DNA from: Longivirga aurantiaca
GTDB taxonomy: Bacteria; Actinomycetota; Actinomycetes; S36-B12; CAIYMF01
Length of the DNA stretch: 32,000 bases
Assembly (NCBI RefSeq): GCF_042660085.1
Contig: NZ_JBHSTI010000008.1
Span: 330,001 to 362,000 of the forward strand
Direction of reading: 5' to 3'
Shown here in pieces: positions 7,553 to 18,044 of the stretch. The notes under the pieces were generated by a model. It ran no database searches. It was not told the DNA's origin and saw only the letters and a list, made by a program, of their open reading frames with translations. Each line of letters starts with the position of its first letter. The first letter of the stretch is position 1. The position numbers and the translations under genes are program-made.

Positions 7553-9661
7553 ATGACGACGTCGTACGTCGGCGCGAGCGAGCAGACCGCGCCCGTCGTC
7601 GACAGTGCTGCCGGAGCGGAAGCCGGCAGCCCTGTCGACGCCGGGCCGGTTCGCCCGAATGCGCCGGCACCGTTCATCGCCATGCTCGACCGGGCGTCCG
7701 GTCTGCCGTTCCGCTGGGTGGTGCCGGTCGTCGTCGTGGTCTCGCTGCTGCTGCTGAGCGTGGCGAGCGTGCTGGGCGTCCGCTCGGTGTCCGCTGCCGA
7801 GGAGGAGGGCTCGCGCCAGTCGGTGACGCTGTCCTCGTCGGCCCGCGAGGCGGCGGCCCGCATCTCCCGCGAGGTCGACGTGGTGCGCCTGTCCGGCCTG
7901 CTCGCCGGCCGCGACCCCGTGCTCGCGGACGTCGCCTCGACCGGTCGGGCGACCGCGGCGCAGGTGGGGGCTGCCCGCCGTCCGCTGCAGACGCTCGCCG
8001 AGATCCGCTCGGGCCTCGTGGCCATCGCCCGGCTGCGCGCCGCCGACGGGCGCGAGGTGCTGCGCGTCGCCGACGGCAGCGTGACCACCACGGGCCTGTC
8101 GTCCGGTGCCCGCGGTGCCACCTGGGTTCGCGACGCCCTCGCCGCCGGGTCAGGCGTACCGGTGACGTCGGGCACCCATCCGTCGGTCACCCTCGGCGAG
8201 GACGCCGTCAGCACCGCTGTCGCCGTCGGTCCTGCGGGTGCTCCCGTAGGCGTGCTCGAGATCGACACCCCCGTGAGCTGGCTGCGTGCGGCCGCGCTCG
8301 AGGGCATGCCGTCGTCCGCGACGGTGGAGTTCCTGACGCCCGCCGAGGCCGAGATGCGCCTCGGCCTCGCGACGGCCGCCGGCAGCGGCGTGGTCGGCGA
8401 CGACGGTCGTACGACTGCGTGGGCGCGCACGGCGTACGACGCGTCCTTCGGCGACTCGATCGGGCTCGACTGGGTGGTCACGGTGACCGAGCCCGTCGTG
8501 CCGACCGGCGCTGCTGCGATCGGGCAGCTGCCGCTGCTGCTCGGCGTCCTCGGCCTCGTGCTGCTGGTCGTCGGAGTCCTGCTCGCCCTGCTGTGGTGGT
8601 TCGTCGTGCGGCGCCGACGGCTGCTCGCCGAGCACCGGGCGCTGCGGCTGCAGCGCCGTCTCGGGGAGATGTCGGACGCGCTCGCGCTCGTCGCCGAGGG
8701 CCATCTCGCGACCGAGCTCCCGCACTTCGAGCAGGACGACCTCCGCGAGATGGCGTCGTCGTTCGAGTCGACCATCGGCACGTTGCGCGCGCTCGTCGGG
8801 CAGGCGCAGGAGTACGGCGCTGCCCTCGCGCAGGCCAGCGTCGAGCTCACCGCAGGGGCGGTGCAGCAGGCGACGGCGGCCGCGCAGCAGACCACCGTGG
8901 TCGCGGAGACGACCGCGACGATCGAGGAGCTCGCCGCCACCGCCGCCCAGATCGCTCTGACGGCAGAAGGGGTTGCGCGCGCGGCCAACGACACGCTGCG
9001 GCTCACCGAGGACGGCAGGGTCGCGGTGATGACCTCGGTCGAGGTGATGCACGGGGTGGCGTCGCGCGTCGACGTGATCGAGCAGCGGGCCCTCGCCCTC
9101 GGTGAGACCGGCCGTGAGATCGGGCGCATCGTCGAGGTCATCGACGACCTGTCCGAGCGCACCAACATGCTCGCCCTCAACGCGGCGATCGAGGCAGCGC
9201 GGGCCGGGGAGCACGGCGCCGGCTTCGCCGTCGTCGCCAGCGAGGTGCGTCGGCTCGCCGAGCGCGCCCGCACCTCGACCACGCAGATCCAGGGCCTCGT
9301 CGAGCGCATCGCCGCCGACGCCGCCGCCACCGTGCTCGCCGCCGGCGAGGGCCAGCGCGAGGTCGCGCATGCCAACGGTGTCGCGCACGACGCCGCGGAG
9401 GCGCTCGACCGCATCGCGTCGATGGTCGACGAGACCACCACCGCGAGCCGCGAGATCTCGATCGCCACCCAGCAGCAGCGGTCGGCGTCCGACCAGGTCG
9501 TCCTCGCGATGGGTCAGGTAGCCGACGCGTCCCGTCAGTACGCCGTCGGCTCGAAGCAGTCGGCGCACTCGGCCGAGGAGCTCGCGGCGCTGGCCGAGAG
9601 CCTGCGCGGCACGATCGCCACCTTCGAGACGACCGCTCCGGAGGAGCCCGCCCTCGTCTGA
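7553..9661 (+). CDS. Methyl-accepting chemotaxis protein
   Basis: N-terminal TM, extracytoplasmic sensor, second TM ([27 protein letters not shown]), HAMP-like region, and the MCP signalling hairpin [50 protein letters not shown]. Confidence 0.95.
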   Translation: MTTSYVGASEQTAPVVDSAAGAEAGSPVDAGPVRPNAPAPFIAMLDRASGLPFRWVVPVVVVVSLLLLSVASVLGVRSVSAAEEEGSRQSVTLSSSAREAAARISREVDVVRLSGLLAGRDPVLADVASTGRATAAQVGAARRPLQTLAEIRSGLVAIARLRAADGREVLRVADGSVTTTGLSSGARGATWVRDALAAGSGVPVTSGTHPSVTLGEDAVSTAVAVGPAGAPVGVLEIDTPVSWLRAAALEGMPSSATVEFLTPAEAEMRLGLATAAGSGVVGDDGRTTAWARTAYDASFGDSIGLDWVVTVTEPVVPTGAAAIGQLPLLLGVLGLVLLVVGVLLALLWWFVVRRRRLLAEHRALRLQRRLGEMSDALALVAEGHLATELPHFEQDDLREMASSFESTIGTLRALVGQAQEYGAALAQASVELTAGAVQQATAAAQQTTVVAETTATIEELAATAAQIALTAEGVARAANDTLRLTEDGRVAVMTSVEVMHGVASRVDVIEQRALALGETGREIGRIVEVIDDLSERTNMLALNAAIEAARAGEHGAGFAVVASEVRRLAERARTSTTQIQGLVERIAADAAATVLAAGEGQREVAHANGVAHDAAEALDRIASMVDETTTASREISIATQQQRSASDQVVLAMGQVADASRQYAVGSKQSAHSAEELAALAESLRGTIATFETTAPEEPALV

Positions 9662-9716
9662 CCCACCGAGGTGACAGAACCGCAGCAGGCCTTGCGGCGC
9701 ATCGGTAGGTGAGGCG

Positions 9717-10004
9717 TCAGACGTCGACGTGCAGCGCGATCGTCACGACGTCGTCGACGTCGAGGCCCTCGGCGTCGCGCACCTTGTCCTTCAGAGGGAT
9801 GAGGTAGCGGCCGTCCTTCGGGAAGAGCGACGTCGTCCACCCGGTGCCGCCGATCGTGGCGGTCACCGGGATCATCCCCCAGCCGTACGTGACCGCGGCC
9901 GAGGCCGCCTTGAGCGCCGCGGACTCCTCGTCGGGCACGGTGACGAAGTGGTACGGCGACGGCCCGCGCCAGGAGAAGACCGCCCCCTCCACGACCAGAT
10001 CCAC
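9717..10004 (-). CDS. DUF1905 domain-containing protein
   Basis: 95 aa: FSWRGPSPYHFVTVPDEESAALKAASAAVTYGWGMIPVTATIGGTGWTTSLFPKDGRYLIPLKDKVRDAEGL. Confidence 0.85.
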   Translation of the reverse strand: MDLVVEGAVFSWRGPSPYHFVTVPDEESAALKAASAAVTYGWGMIPVTATIGGTGWTTSLFPKDGRYLIPLKDKVRDAEGLDVDDVVTIALHVDV

Positions 10005-10075
10005 CGTCGAAGGATAGGGAGCGACGGCGTCGTGCGGGGCGGTCTGGACGCGGTGGACGCCGTAGGCTCCTCGGC

Positions 10076-11254
10076 ATGAACGAGCACCCCGCCTGGACCC
10101 ACCTCGAGACCGTCGCGCTGCACGCCGGGCAGGAGCCCGACGCGCTCACCGGCGCGGTCGTGCCCCCGATCTACCAGGTGTCGACGTACGCCCAGGACGG
10201 CGTCGGCGGCCTGCGCGGGGGCTACGAGTACTCGCGCTCGGGCAACCCGACGCGAGACGCGCTGCAGGCGTGCCTCGCCGCGCTCGAGGACCCGGTCGGC
10301 GCGGCCGCCGGCACGACGCTCGGCATGGCCTTCGCGTCCGGCCTCGCCGCCGAGGACACGCTGCTGCGCACGGTGTGCGCCCCCGGCGACCACGTGGTGA
10401 TCCCGGACGACGCGTACGGCGGCACGTTCCGGCTGTTCGCCAAGGTGCTCGGCCGCTGGGGTCTCGACTACACGCCCGCCCGTCTGACCGACGTCGAGGC
10501 CGTGGCCGCCGCGGTCGTCCCCGGCCGCACCAAGGTCGTCTGGGTCGAGACGCCGACCAACCCGCTGCTGCGCGTCGCCGACATCGCGGCGCTCGCCGAC
10601 GTCGCGCATGCGGCCGGCGCGATCCTCGTCGTCGACAACACCTTCGCCTCGCCGTACCTGCAGCAGCCGCTGCTGCTCGGGGCCGACGTCGTCGTGCACT
10701 CGACCACGAAGTACCTCGGCGGCCACAGCGACGTGATCGGCGGCGCGCTCGTGGCGCGCGACCCCGAGCTCGCGGCGCAGCTGGCCTACCACCAGAACGC
10801 GATGGGCGCGGTGGCCGGGCCCTTCGACTCGTGGCTGGTGCTGCGCGGCGCCAAGACCCTCGCCGTCCGCATGGACCGCCACTGCGCCAACGCCAGGTCC
10901 GTGGTCGACGTGCTGCGCGAGCACCCGAAGGTGGTCGAGGTGCTCTACCCGGGCCTCGAGGGGCACGACGGCCACCACGTGGCGGTCAAGCAGATGCGCG
11001 ACTTCGGCGGCATGGTGAGCTTCCGCGTCGCCGGCGGCGAGGCCGCCGCCGTCGAGGTCTGCAACCGCGCCCGGCTGTTCACGCTGGGCGAGTCGCTCGG
11101 CGGCGTCGAGTCCCTCATCGAGCACCCGGGTCGCATGACGCACGCGTCGGCCGCCGGATCGCCGCTCGAGGTGCCCGCCGACCTCGTGCGCATCTCGGTC
11201 GGCCTCGAGCACGTCGACGACCTCGTCGGCGACCTGGTGCAGGCGCTGGGATGA
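10076..11254 (+). CDS. metB: Cystathionine gamma-synthase / gamma-lyase family PLP enzyme
   Basis: VALHAGQEPDALTGAVVPPIYQVSTYAQDG, YEYSRSGNPTRDALQACLAALE, STTKYLGGHSDVIGGALV (PLP lysine), SLGGVESLIEHPGRMTHAS. Confidence 0.9.
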   Translation: MNEHPAWTHLETVALHAGQEPDALTGAVVPPIYQVSTYAQDGVGGLRGGYEYSRSGNPTRDALQACLAALEDPVGAAAGTTLGMAFASGLAAEDTLLRTVCAPGDHVVIPDDAYGGTFRLFAKVLGRWGLDYTPARLTDVEAVAAAVVPGRTKVVWVETPTNPLLRVADIAALADVAHAAGAILVVDNTFASPYLQQPLLLGADVVVHSTTKYLGGHSDVIGGALVARDPELAAQLAYHQNAMGAVAGPFDSWLVLRGAKTLAVRMDRHCANARSVVDVLREHPKVVEVLYPGLEGHDGHHVAVKQMRDFGGMVSFRVAGGEAAAVEVCNRARLFTLGESLGGVESLIEHPGRMTHASAAGSPLEVPADLVRISVGLEHVDDLVGDLVQALG

Positions 11255-11261
11255 TCCGGGC

Positions 11262-12629
11262 GTGACCCTGGCGTACGTCGCCTGCGTCGACACCGGGTCG
11301 ACCTTCACCAAGGCCGCGGCTGTGGCGGTCGGCGGTGCCGATGCGGGTCGGCTGCTCGCGACGGCGTCGGTGCCGACGACGGTCGGTGCCGGGCAGGACG
11401 TGCTCACCGGGCTCGACGCTGCGGTCGCGTCGCTGGTGCGCGACGTCGGCGCCGAGCCGATCGAGGTGCGCGCCTGCTCGTCCGCCGGCGGCGGCCTGCG
11501 CCTCGCCGTCGTCGGGCACGAGCGCGTGGTGACGGCGGAAGCCGGTGCGCGCGTCGGGCTCTCGGCCGGTGCCAAGGTCGTCCACGTGTCGAGCGGGCGG
11601 CTCGACCGGGCCGCGCTCGACGCGCTGAAGGCAGACCGGCCCGACGTCGTCCTCCTCGTCGGTGGCACCGACGGCGGCGACGCCGAGGTGCTGCTGCACA
11701 ACGCCGCGCGCCTGGCGACGTCCGGCCCGCGCGTGCCGTACGTGGTGGCCGGCAACGTCGATGCGCGCGACGAGGTCGTGGCGCTGCTCGTGGCCCGCAG
11801 GCGCACGGTGGTGGCGTGCGCGAACGTGCTGCCGCGCATAGGAGTCCTCGACGCACTGCCTGCGCGGGCTGCGATCAGGGAGGTGTTCGTGCACCACGTG
11901 ATCGGCGGGAAGGGATTCACGAAGGGCCCGCGGTTCGCGCGGCTCGTCCGTGGCGCCACGCCCGACCTCGTGCTCGCCGGTGTCGAGCTGCTCGCCGACT
12001 CCGGAGTGGGCGACGTGCTGCTCGTCGACGTCGGCGGCGCCACGACCGACGTCTACTCGGCGCTGACACCCGACGCCGAGGAGGCATCGCTGCACCGTGA
12101 GGTGGTCGAGGTGATGTGGCGCGGCCGCACGGTGGAGGGCGACCTCGGGATGCGCTGGAGCGCAACGGGTGTGGTTGATGCCGCCCTCGCGGAGAAGCTC
12201 CTGCCGCCGGGCGCGGACGCCGACCGGCTGCGCGCCGCGGCCGCGCTGCGCCACGACGACCCGGCGTGGCTGCCGTCGTCCGCCACGGACCGTGCCGACG
12301 AGGCGCTCATCGCGCGGCTCGCGCTCACGGTGGCGCTGCGCCGGCACGCGCGGCCGGCGTCCACCGTCGAGGGCCGCACCCCCGGCCGCGACCTCTCGCA
12401 CGTCTCGCTCGTCGTCGCCAGCGGCGGCGTCTTCCGCCACGCCGACCAGGCCGCGCTCGCCGACGTCCTCGCCCCGGTGACCACCGACCACGCGGGCGGG
12501 TGGCGGGTGCCGTCGTCGCCGCGCGTGACCGTCGATCGGCGCTACGTGGTCGCCGCCGCAGGGCTCCTCGCCGACGATCACCCGGATGCCGCAGCGGTTC
12601 TCCTGCGCGAGGCCCTCGTCGTCGTCTGA
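11262..12629 (+). CDS. GlmL/MutL-type reactivating ATPase-like protein (glutamate mutase accessory family)
   Basis: ASKHA-fold signatures: VACVDTGSTFTKAAAV, CSSAGGGLRLAVVGHE, VLLVGGTDGGDAEVLLHNA, GVGDVLLVDVGGATTDVYSALTPD. 7 bp after the metB stop. Confidence 0.85.
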   Translation: MTLAYVACVDTGSTFTKAAAVAVGGADAGRLLATASVPTTVGAGQDVLTGLDAAVASLVRDVGAEPIEVRACSSAGGGLRLAVVGHERVVTAEAGARVGLSAGAKVVHVSSGRLDRAALDALKADRPDVVLLVGGTDGGDAEVLLHNAARLATSGPRVPYVVAGNVDARDEVVALLVARRRTVVACANVLPRIGVLDALPARAAIREVFVHHVIGGKGFTKGPRFARLVRGATPDLVLAGVELLADSGVGDVLLVDVGGATTDVYSALTPDAEEASLHREVVEVMWRGRTVEGDLGMRWSATGVVDAALAEKLLPPGADADRLRAAAALRHDDPAWLPSSATDRADEALIARLALTVALRRHARPASTVEGRTPGRDLSHVSLVVASGGVFRHADQAALADVLAPVTTDHAGGWRVPSSPRVTVDRRYVVAAAGLLADDHPDAAAVLLREALVVV

Positions 12630-12735
12630 GCGCAGGGATCTCGGCCCCGCGGAGCCGTACTCCACCGACGCGGCCCGCACGTGGTGGAGGATGGGGGTGG
12701 GTCCACAGGCGAGGGCCACCGAGGAGGGGTTCGCG

Positions 12736-13575
12736 ATGTCGCAGGAATGGTCGCTCACGCAGGGCGCGCAGCCGGTCAAGCGCAAGGGCAAGGCCGCGAT
12801 CATCACGGGCATCGTGCTTATCGTGCTGGCGCTCGTGGCGGGCATCGCGGGCATCGCCGGGATCGCGAGCGGCGTGGGCAGCATCGCCAGCGAGAGCACG
12901 GAGCCGTTCGCCGCGCCGAACACCATCACCGTCTCGCTCGAGAGCGGCAAGACGTACGTCGTGTACGAGCTCGAGGCCGCCGCCGGCCAGGGGTCGATGC
13001 AGATCTCCGACATCACCGTCACCGATCCGTCGGGAGCGACGGTGCCCGTGACGGGCATGGGGTCGTTCGGTCAGGGGTTCAACGAGGGCGCGGATTCGTT
13101 CGTCGCCGTCGGGGAGTTCGTCACCTCGACCACGGGCACCTACACGATCGACGTCACCACCGAGGGCACCACGTTCATGGTCGGCCCGAGCCTCGGCTCG
13201 TTCATCGGCCTCGGCCTGTCGGGCCTCGCGATCGTGCTCGCTGCGCTGCTCGGCATCGCCGGCGTGATCGTGCTCATCATCGGGCTCGTGCGCCGCGCAT
13301 CGTCCAAGCCCGCGGCGGTCGGCACCGGCTACCCGGCCGGTGCGGTCACCGCGCAGCCGTACGTCGCCCCCGCGCAGGCGCCCCAGCCGCAGATCTTCGA
13401 GCAGCCTGCCTCCGAGCAGGCGCCGGTGCAGCCGTTCGTGACGCCCGCCCCCGCCGCGCCGGTGGCGCCCGCGCCGGCTGCGGCGCTGCCGCCGGCCGGC
13501 TGGTACCCGGACCCGGGTCGCCCCGGCGGCCAGCGCTACTGGGACGGCCAGCAGTGGACCGAGCACCAGGCCTGA
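12736..13575 (+). CDS. DUF2510 domain-containing membrane protein
   Basis: MSQEWSLTQGAQPVKRKGKAAIITGIVLIVLALVAG..., second TM region, C-terminal LPPAGWYPDPGRPGGQRYWDGQQWTEHQA (DUF2510). SD-like GGAGGGG upstream. Confidence 0.85.
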   Translation: MSQEWSLTQGAQPVKRKGKAAIITGIVLIVLALVAGIAGIAGIASGVGSIASESTEPFAAPNTITVSLESGKTYVVYELEAAAGQGSMQISDITVTDPSGATVPVTGMGSFGQGFNEGADSFVAVGEFVTSTTGTYTIDVTTEGTTFMVGPSLGSFIGLGLSGLAIVLAALLGIAGVIVLIIGLVRRASSKPAAVGTGYPAGAVTAQPYVAPAQAPQPQIFEQPASEQAPVQPFVTPAPAAPVAPAPAAALPPAGWYPDPGRPGGQRYWDGQQWTEHQA

Positions 13576-13650
13576 GGCTCTCGAGTTACTGCCCGACGTG
13601 GGGTGATGGAGGCCGCCAACACCCCGCATCGGGCAGTAACTCGCCTCAGG
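13571..13650. terminator. Large imperfect inverted repeat overlapping the upstream gene's stop codon
   Basis: CCTGAGGC(tctc)GAGTTACTGCCCGAcgTGGGGTG ... CACCCCgcaTCGGGCAGTAACTCGCCTCAGG; the 14 bp core GAGTTACTGCCCGA is perfectly mirrored. Confidence 0.6.
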
Positions 13651-13697
13651 TAAGGGGCAGGTCGACGCGGACGGCGCGGGCGTAGTTGGATCGTCGG

Positions 13698-15071
13698 ATG
13701 ACCACCGACGCATCTGCCGCACCGTCCCTGCGCACCTGGACGGCGACCACGGTCGCCGACGACGTGCGCGCCGGTCGACTCACGGCGCTCGACGCCACCC
13801 GTGAGGCGTTGCGGCGCATCGAGACGCGCGACGGCTCGCTCGGCGCGTTCCAGGTGGTACGCCGCGACGCCGCGGTCCGCGAGGCCGCGGCGCTCGACAC
13901 CGCGGGCACGGCCGGTCTGCCGCTGGCCGGCGTACCGGTGGCGATCAAGGACAACATCCCGGTCGAGGGCGAGCCGATGCGCGTGGGCTCGGCCGCGACC
14001 GAGGGCTACCCGCAGACGGCGTCGCACGAGGTCGTGCGCCGCATCCGCGAGGCCGGCGGCGTGGTCGTCGGCCTCACGCGCGTTCCCGAGCTGTGCGTCT
14101 TCGGCGCGACCGACTCGGTGTACGGCGTCACCCGCAACCCGTGGGACCCCGAGCGCACGCCGGGCGGGTCGTCGGGCGGCTCGGCCGCGGCGGTTGCGTC
14201 CGGGCAGGTGCCGGTGGCACACGGGAACGACGGCATGGGCTCGGTGCGGATCCCGGCTGCGTGCACGGGCATCGTCGGCATCAAGCCCGGGGGCGGCGTC
14301 GTGCCGTGCGACCTCGGTGAGACCGACTGGTACGGCCTGTCGGAGAACGGCGCGCTCGGCACCACGGTGGCCGACACCGCGCTGCTGCTGTCGGTGCTGG
14401 CGGGCGACCCCTCGCTCGCGGTGCTCGGCGACGTGCCGACCCTGCGCATCGCGGTCTCGACCAGGCCGCCGGTGCAGGGCGTGAAGGTCGACCGCGAGCA
14501 CGTGCGCGCCCTGTTCGCCACCGCCGCGGCGCTCATGCGCGACGGGCACGACGTCGAGCGGCACGACCCGACGTACCCCAACTCCGCGGCGGTCGCCGGG
14601 CTCGCACGGTGGTTCGCCGGCACGTGGGCCGACGCCGAGAAGCTCGACCCGGCTCTGCTCGAGCCCCGCGTCCGCTCGCACGCCGCGCTCGGCAAGCAGG
14701 TCGTCGAGCGCGGGATGCTCGCCGAGGAGCCGCGCGATGCATGGAAGCAGAAGGCCGGTGAGCTGCTCTCGACGTACGACGTTCTCATGACACCGGTGCT
14801 CGCGCAGCCGCCGCTGGAGGCCAAGCGCTGGAGCGAGACGAACTGGGCGACGACGATGGCGGCCAACGTGCGCTACGCGCCGTTCTCCGCGCCGTGGAAC
14901 GTCGCATCGTTCCCGGCGATGTCGGTGCCCGCGGGCGTCCACCCGACGGCCGGCACGCCGATGTCGGTGCAGCTCGTCGCGGCACCCGGCAAGGAGCACC
15001 TGCTGCTCGACCTCGCCGCCCGCATCGAGACCCTGCGCCCCTGGCAGCGCACCGCCCCCGGCTACCTCTAG
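13698..15071 (+). CDS. Amidase signature family enzyme
   Basis: Ser-Ser-Lys triad motifs: LPLAGVPVAIKDNIPV, NPWDPERTPGGSSGGSAAAVASG, GNDGMGSVRIPAACTGIVGIKPG. Confidence 0.93.
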   Translation: MTTDASAAPSLRTWTATTVADDVRAGRLTALDATREALRRIETRDGSLGAFQVVRRDAAVREAAALDTAGTAGLPLAGVPVAIKDNIPVEGEPMRVGSAATEGYPQTASHEVVRRIREAGGVVVGLTRVPELCVFGATDSVYGVTRNPWDPERTPGGSSGGSAAAVASGQVPVAHGNDGMGSVRIPAACTGIVGIKPGGGVVPCDLGETDWYGLSENGALGTTVADTALLLSVLAGDPSLAVLGDVPTLRIAVSTRPPVQGVKVDREHVRALFATAAALMRDGHDVERHDPTYPNSAAVAGLARWFAGTWADAEKLDPALLEPRVRSHAALGKQVVERGMLAEEPRDAWKQKAGELLSTYDVLMTPVLAQPPLEAKRWSETNWATTMAANVRYAPFSAPWNVASFPAMSVPAGVHPTAGTPMSVQLVAAPGKEHLLLDLAARIETLRPWQRTAPGYL

Positions 15072-15143
15072 ATCCCTGCCGCTCTTTCCGGAAGGGTGCC
15101 CCCACGGACCTCAGAGGCCCGCATGCTTCCCCAACGATCGGAC

Positions 15144-15701
15144 TCAGAGAGCTGTGGCGGCTGTTGCCGCACCCTCCGCTGACGCGACGACGGACGCCAC
15201 CGACTTCCGGGCCCCGCCCGAGATGTTCCACCGTGCCATGCGGGCGATCGACGCGGGCGACGGCGGGAGGTGACCGAGCTGCGTCATCATCCCGAGGTCG
15301 TCGCGCACGGCGCTGTGCTCGGCGTGCAGGCCGTCGCGAAGGCGGAACACGTGAGCCTGGCGTACGGCGAACTCGCGGCCCGTGGCCGGGAACGACACCG
15401 GAGCACCGCCCGGGGGGAAGACGACGAAGGGCCCGGTCTGCCGGCCGCGCATCCAGACGTGGGCGAACGTCGCGTGCTCGTCGCTGCTTCCTTCGATGAG
15501 ATCGAAGGAGAGGTCGCTGAAGGCCGAGCGCAGCCACGCGCTCGTGGCCATGAACCCGGGTACGCCGTGCTGAGCCGCTGCCGGGGGCTCGTCCACTGCC
15601 ATGTGGTTGAGGTGGTCGGGGTGCAGGCAGGCGCGTGCTGCCTCGACGTCGCCGTCCGCCATCGCACGGAGATGCGTCATCGCCAGGTCGAGGGAATCCA
15701 C
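15144..15701 (-). CDS. SnoaL-like / NTF2-fold polyketide cyclase-type protein
   Basis: VDSLDLAMTHLRAMADGDVEAARACLHPDHLNHMA..., FSDLSFDLIEGSSDEHATFAHVWMRGRQTGPF. GTG start preceded by AAGGAG. Confidence 0.7.
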   Translation of the reverse strand: MDSLDLAMTHLRAMADGDVEAARACLHPDHLNHMAVDEPPAAAQHGVPGFMATSAWLRSAFSDLSFDLIEGSSDEHATFAHVWMRGRQTGPFVVFPPGGAPVSFPATGREFAVRQAHVFRLRDGLHAEHSAVRDDLGMMTQLGHLPPSPASIARMARWNISGGARKSVASVVASAEGAATAATAL

Positions 15702-15818
15702 AAGTGCTCCTTGCCCGCCGGGCGCCCCACGAACGAGGAGGCATCCGCGCCCCGAGCTCCGTCGCACCAGGGTGAGGGCTCCCGGCGATCCGCGCAGCCG
15801 TATGGCATTGTCCGTCGA

Positions 15819-16496
15819 CTACGCGAGCGACCAGTCGACCGGGTCCGAGCCCTGCTCGGCGAGCAGGGCGTTGGCGCGGCTGAACGGGCGTGATCCGAAG
15901 AAACCGCCGCGCGCCGAGAGCGGCGACGGGTGCACGCTGGCAACGATCGGCGTCGACCCGAGCATCGGCGCGAGGTTCTGCGCGTCACGGCCCCAGAGGA
16001 TCGCGACGAGCGGCTGCGGCCGCTCGACCAGGGCCCGGATCGCCTGAGCCGTCACGGCTTCCCAGCCCTTGCCGCGGTGCGAGCCGGGCTTGCCCGGCGA
16101 CACCGTGAGCACCCGGTTGAGCAGCAGCACGCCGTGGTCGGCCCAGGGCGAGAGGTCGCCGGACGCCGGCCGCGCGACGCCGAGATCGTCGACGAGCTCG
16201 GTGTAGATGTTCTGCAGGCTGCGCGGCACCGGCCGCACCTCCGGGTCGACCGAGAAGGACAGCCCGACGGCGTGGCCCGGCGTCGGGTACGGGTCCTGGC
16301 CGACGATCAGCACGCGTACGGCGTCCAGCGGCCGGGTGAAGGCGCGCAGCACGTTCTCGCCGGCCGGGAAGTAGCCGCGCCCGGCGGCGACCTCCGCGCG
16401 CAGGAACTCGCCCATCCGCGCGATGTCGTCGGCCACCGGCTCGAGGGCGACGGCCCAGCCCGGGTCGACGAGCTCGGTCAGCGGTCGCGCGGTCAC
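15819..16496 (-). CDS. ung: Uracil-DNA glycosylase
   Basis: [85 protein letters not shown]. Confidence 0.98.
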   Translation of the reverse strand: MTARPLTELVDPGWAVALEPVADDIARMGEFLRAEVAAGRGYFPAGENVLRAFTRPLDAVRVLIVGQDPYPTPGHAVGLSFSVDPEVRPVPRSLQNIYTELVDDLGVARPASGDLSPWADHGVLLLNRVLTVSPGKPGSHRGKGWEAVTAQAIRALVERPQPLVAILWGRDAQNLAPMLGSTPIVASVHPSPLSARGGFFGSRPFSRANALLAEQGSDPVDWSLA

Positions 16497-16530
16497 AGCG
16501 CAATCCTGCCCGACTCCAGGGAGATCAGTC

Positions 16531-17055
16531 TCAGCCGATCGGGTCTTCGGGGAGGGCGAGGTTCTTGTTGCTGTACCGGTCGTCGCCCGTCACCTCGGCG
16601 GTGATCGTGAGCCATGGCGGGAAGTCGATCGCGGCGCCCATGTCGTCGGTGCCGGGCAGCTCGACCTCCAGCAGCCACAGCGTGCGCGGCGACTCGAGGT
16701 GGTCGACCTCGATCGTGCGCCCGGCGTACGGCACGACCCAGCGCGTCTTCACGACCGGGTGCCGTGCGGGATCGCCGCGCCGCAGGAGATCGTCGTACTC
16801 CGCCTCGGTGAGCTCGCGCTCGTACTCCTCGACGACGCCGGCGGAGACGCCGACCTTGCGCGTGGTGGTGAGCTGCAGCCGCTCCCCGCCGTCGTCGCGC
16901 ACGAGGCGCCGGCGTACCCGCTCGGCGCTTCCGTCGTCGGTGGCGAGGTAGGTCTGCACGATGTGCGACACGGACGAGGCAGCGGCGTCGAGGGCAGCGA
17001 CGTCCGGGTCGGCGAGCAGGAACTTGCGCTCGATCTCGTACGGGACCTCGGCCAT
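16531..17055 (-). CDS. CYTH domain-containing protein
   Basis: [18 protein letters not shown] (ExExK motif), [52 protein letters not shown]. Confidence 0.92.
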   Translation of the reverse strand: MAEVPYEIERKFLLADPDVAALDAAASSVSHIVQTYLATDDGSAERVRRRLVRDDGGERLQLTTTRKVGVSAGVVEEYERELTEAEYDDLLRRGDPARHPVVKTRWVVPYAGRTIEVDHLESPRTLWLLEVELPGTDDMGAAIDFPPWLTITAEVTGDDRYSNKNLALPEDPIG

Positions 17056-17080
17056 GCGGCCATCCTGCCGCAGCCCGGCT

Positions 17081-17965
17081 TCAGTCGGGCTTTCGGGCGA
17101 GGTACGTGAACGCGACCGGGAGAGGCTGCGGCGGCTCACCGGGGTTGGTGCCCCGGCCCAGCAGGAAGCGGTGCAGGCCGTCGTCGCCCTGGGTGAGGAC
17201 CTCGTCGCCGCGCGGGTTGAACGCGATGGCGTCGTGCTCGTCGAGGTGCTCCAGGGTGAGCCCCGCGCGCAGGCCGCCCATGACGACGTCGGCGATGGAG
17301 TGCGCGAACGACGTCGTCGTGCTCTCGTTCGTGTCGGTGGGGTCGGCGTACGAGCCGGCGCCGGTGTAGGTCAAGGCGACGCCGCCGCCGTACGGGAAGT
17401 CGCACACGACCTCGGGGGAGAGCGAGTCGAACATCTGGTACGCCGGATGCAGCTCCACCATCACGAGCACGCCTCCGGGCCGGAGCGCGAGGGCCACCTG
17501 GCGCATCCAGAGGTCGAGGTCGTCGATCCAGCAGATCGCGCCGATGGTCGCGTAGACGATGTCGAAGCGTCCGTGCAGGGACGGCGGCAGGTCGCGCGCG
17601 TCGGTCTCGACCGTCTCGATCGTGACGCCGACGCGCGCCGCGAGGTCGTGCGCACGCCCGAGCGCGGCGGCGGAGTAGTCGGCACAGGTCACGCGCGCGC
17701 CGGCCCGCGCCATGACCACGCCGTCCACGCCGATGTGGCTCTGCAGGTGCAGCACGTACCTGCCCGGCAGAGCGGCGAGCGGGGTGCCGGCGTCCGCGCC
17801 GGTGGCGTGGGCGAGCGCCTGCTCCTCGAGCGTCGTCAGCAGGGTGCCGCCGGCCACCACGTCGTCGAGCAGGTAGTAGCGGTCTCCGGGCGTGGTGCCA
17901 TGGGTGGCGGCCGCGCCGTCCCAGTAGTTCTTGGTGCTCGGGTCGACGACGAGGTCAGGGCTCAT
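17081..17965 (-). CDS. Class I SAM-dependent methyltransferase
   Basis: LLDDVVAGGTLLTTLEEQAL..., GRYVLHLQSHIGVDGVVMARAGARVTCADYSAAALGRAHDLA, FDIVYATIGAICWIDDLDLWMRQVALALRPGGVLVMVELHP. Confidence 0.88.
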   Translation of the reverse strand: MSPDLVVDPSTKNYWDGAAATHGTTPGDRYYLLDDVVAGGTLLTTLEEQALAHATGADAGTPLAALPGRYVLHLQSHIGVDGVVMARAGARVTCADYSAAALGRAHDLAARVGVTIETVETDARDLPPSLHGRFDIVYATIGAICWIDDLDLWMRQVALALRPGGVLVMVELHPAYQMFDSLSPEVVCDFPYGGGVALTYTGAGSYADPTDTNESTTTSFAHSIADVVMGGLRAGLTLEHLDEHDAIAFNPRGDEVLTQGDDGLHRFLLGRGTNPGEPPQPLPVAFTYLARKPD

Positions 17966-18044
17966 GCCGCGCAGTCTGCCGCGTGCGCGCGACCGACGTC
18001 GCCCTGGTTGTCTCCGTGCGCCCTCGTGCACAGCAGGGTCGCGG

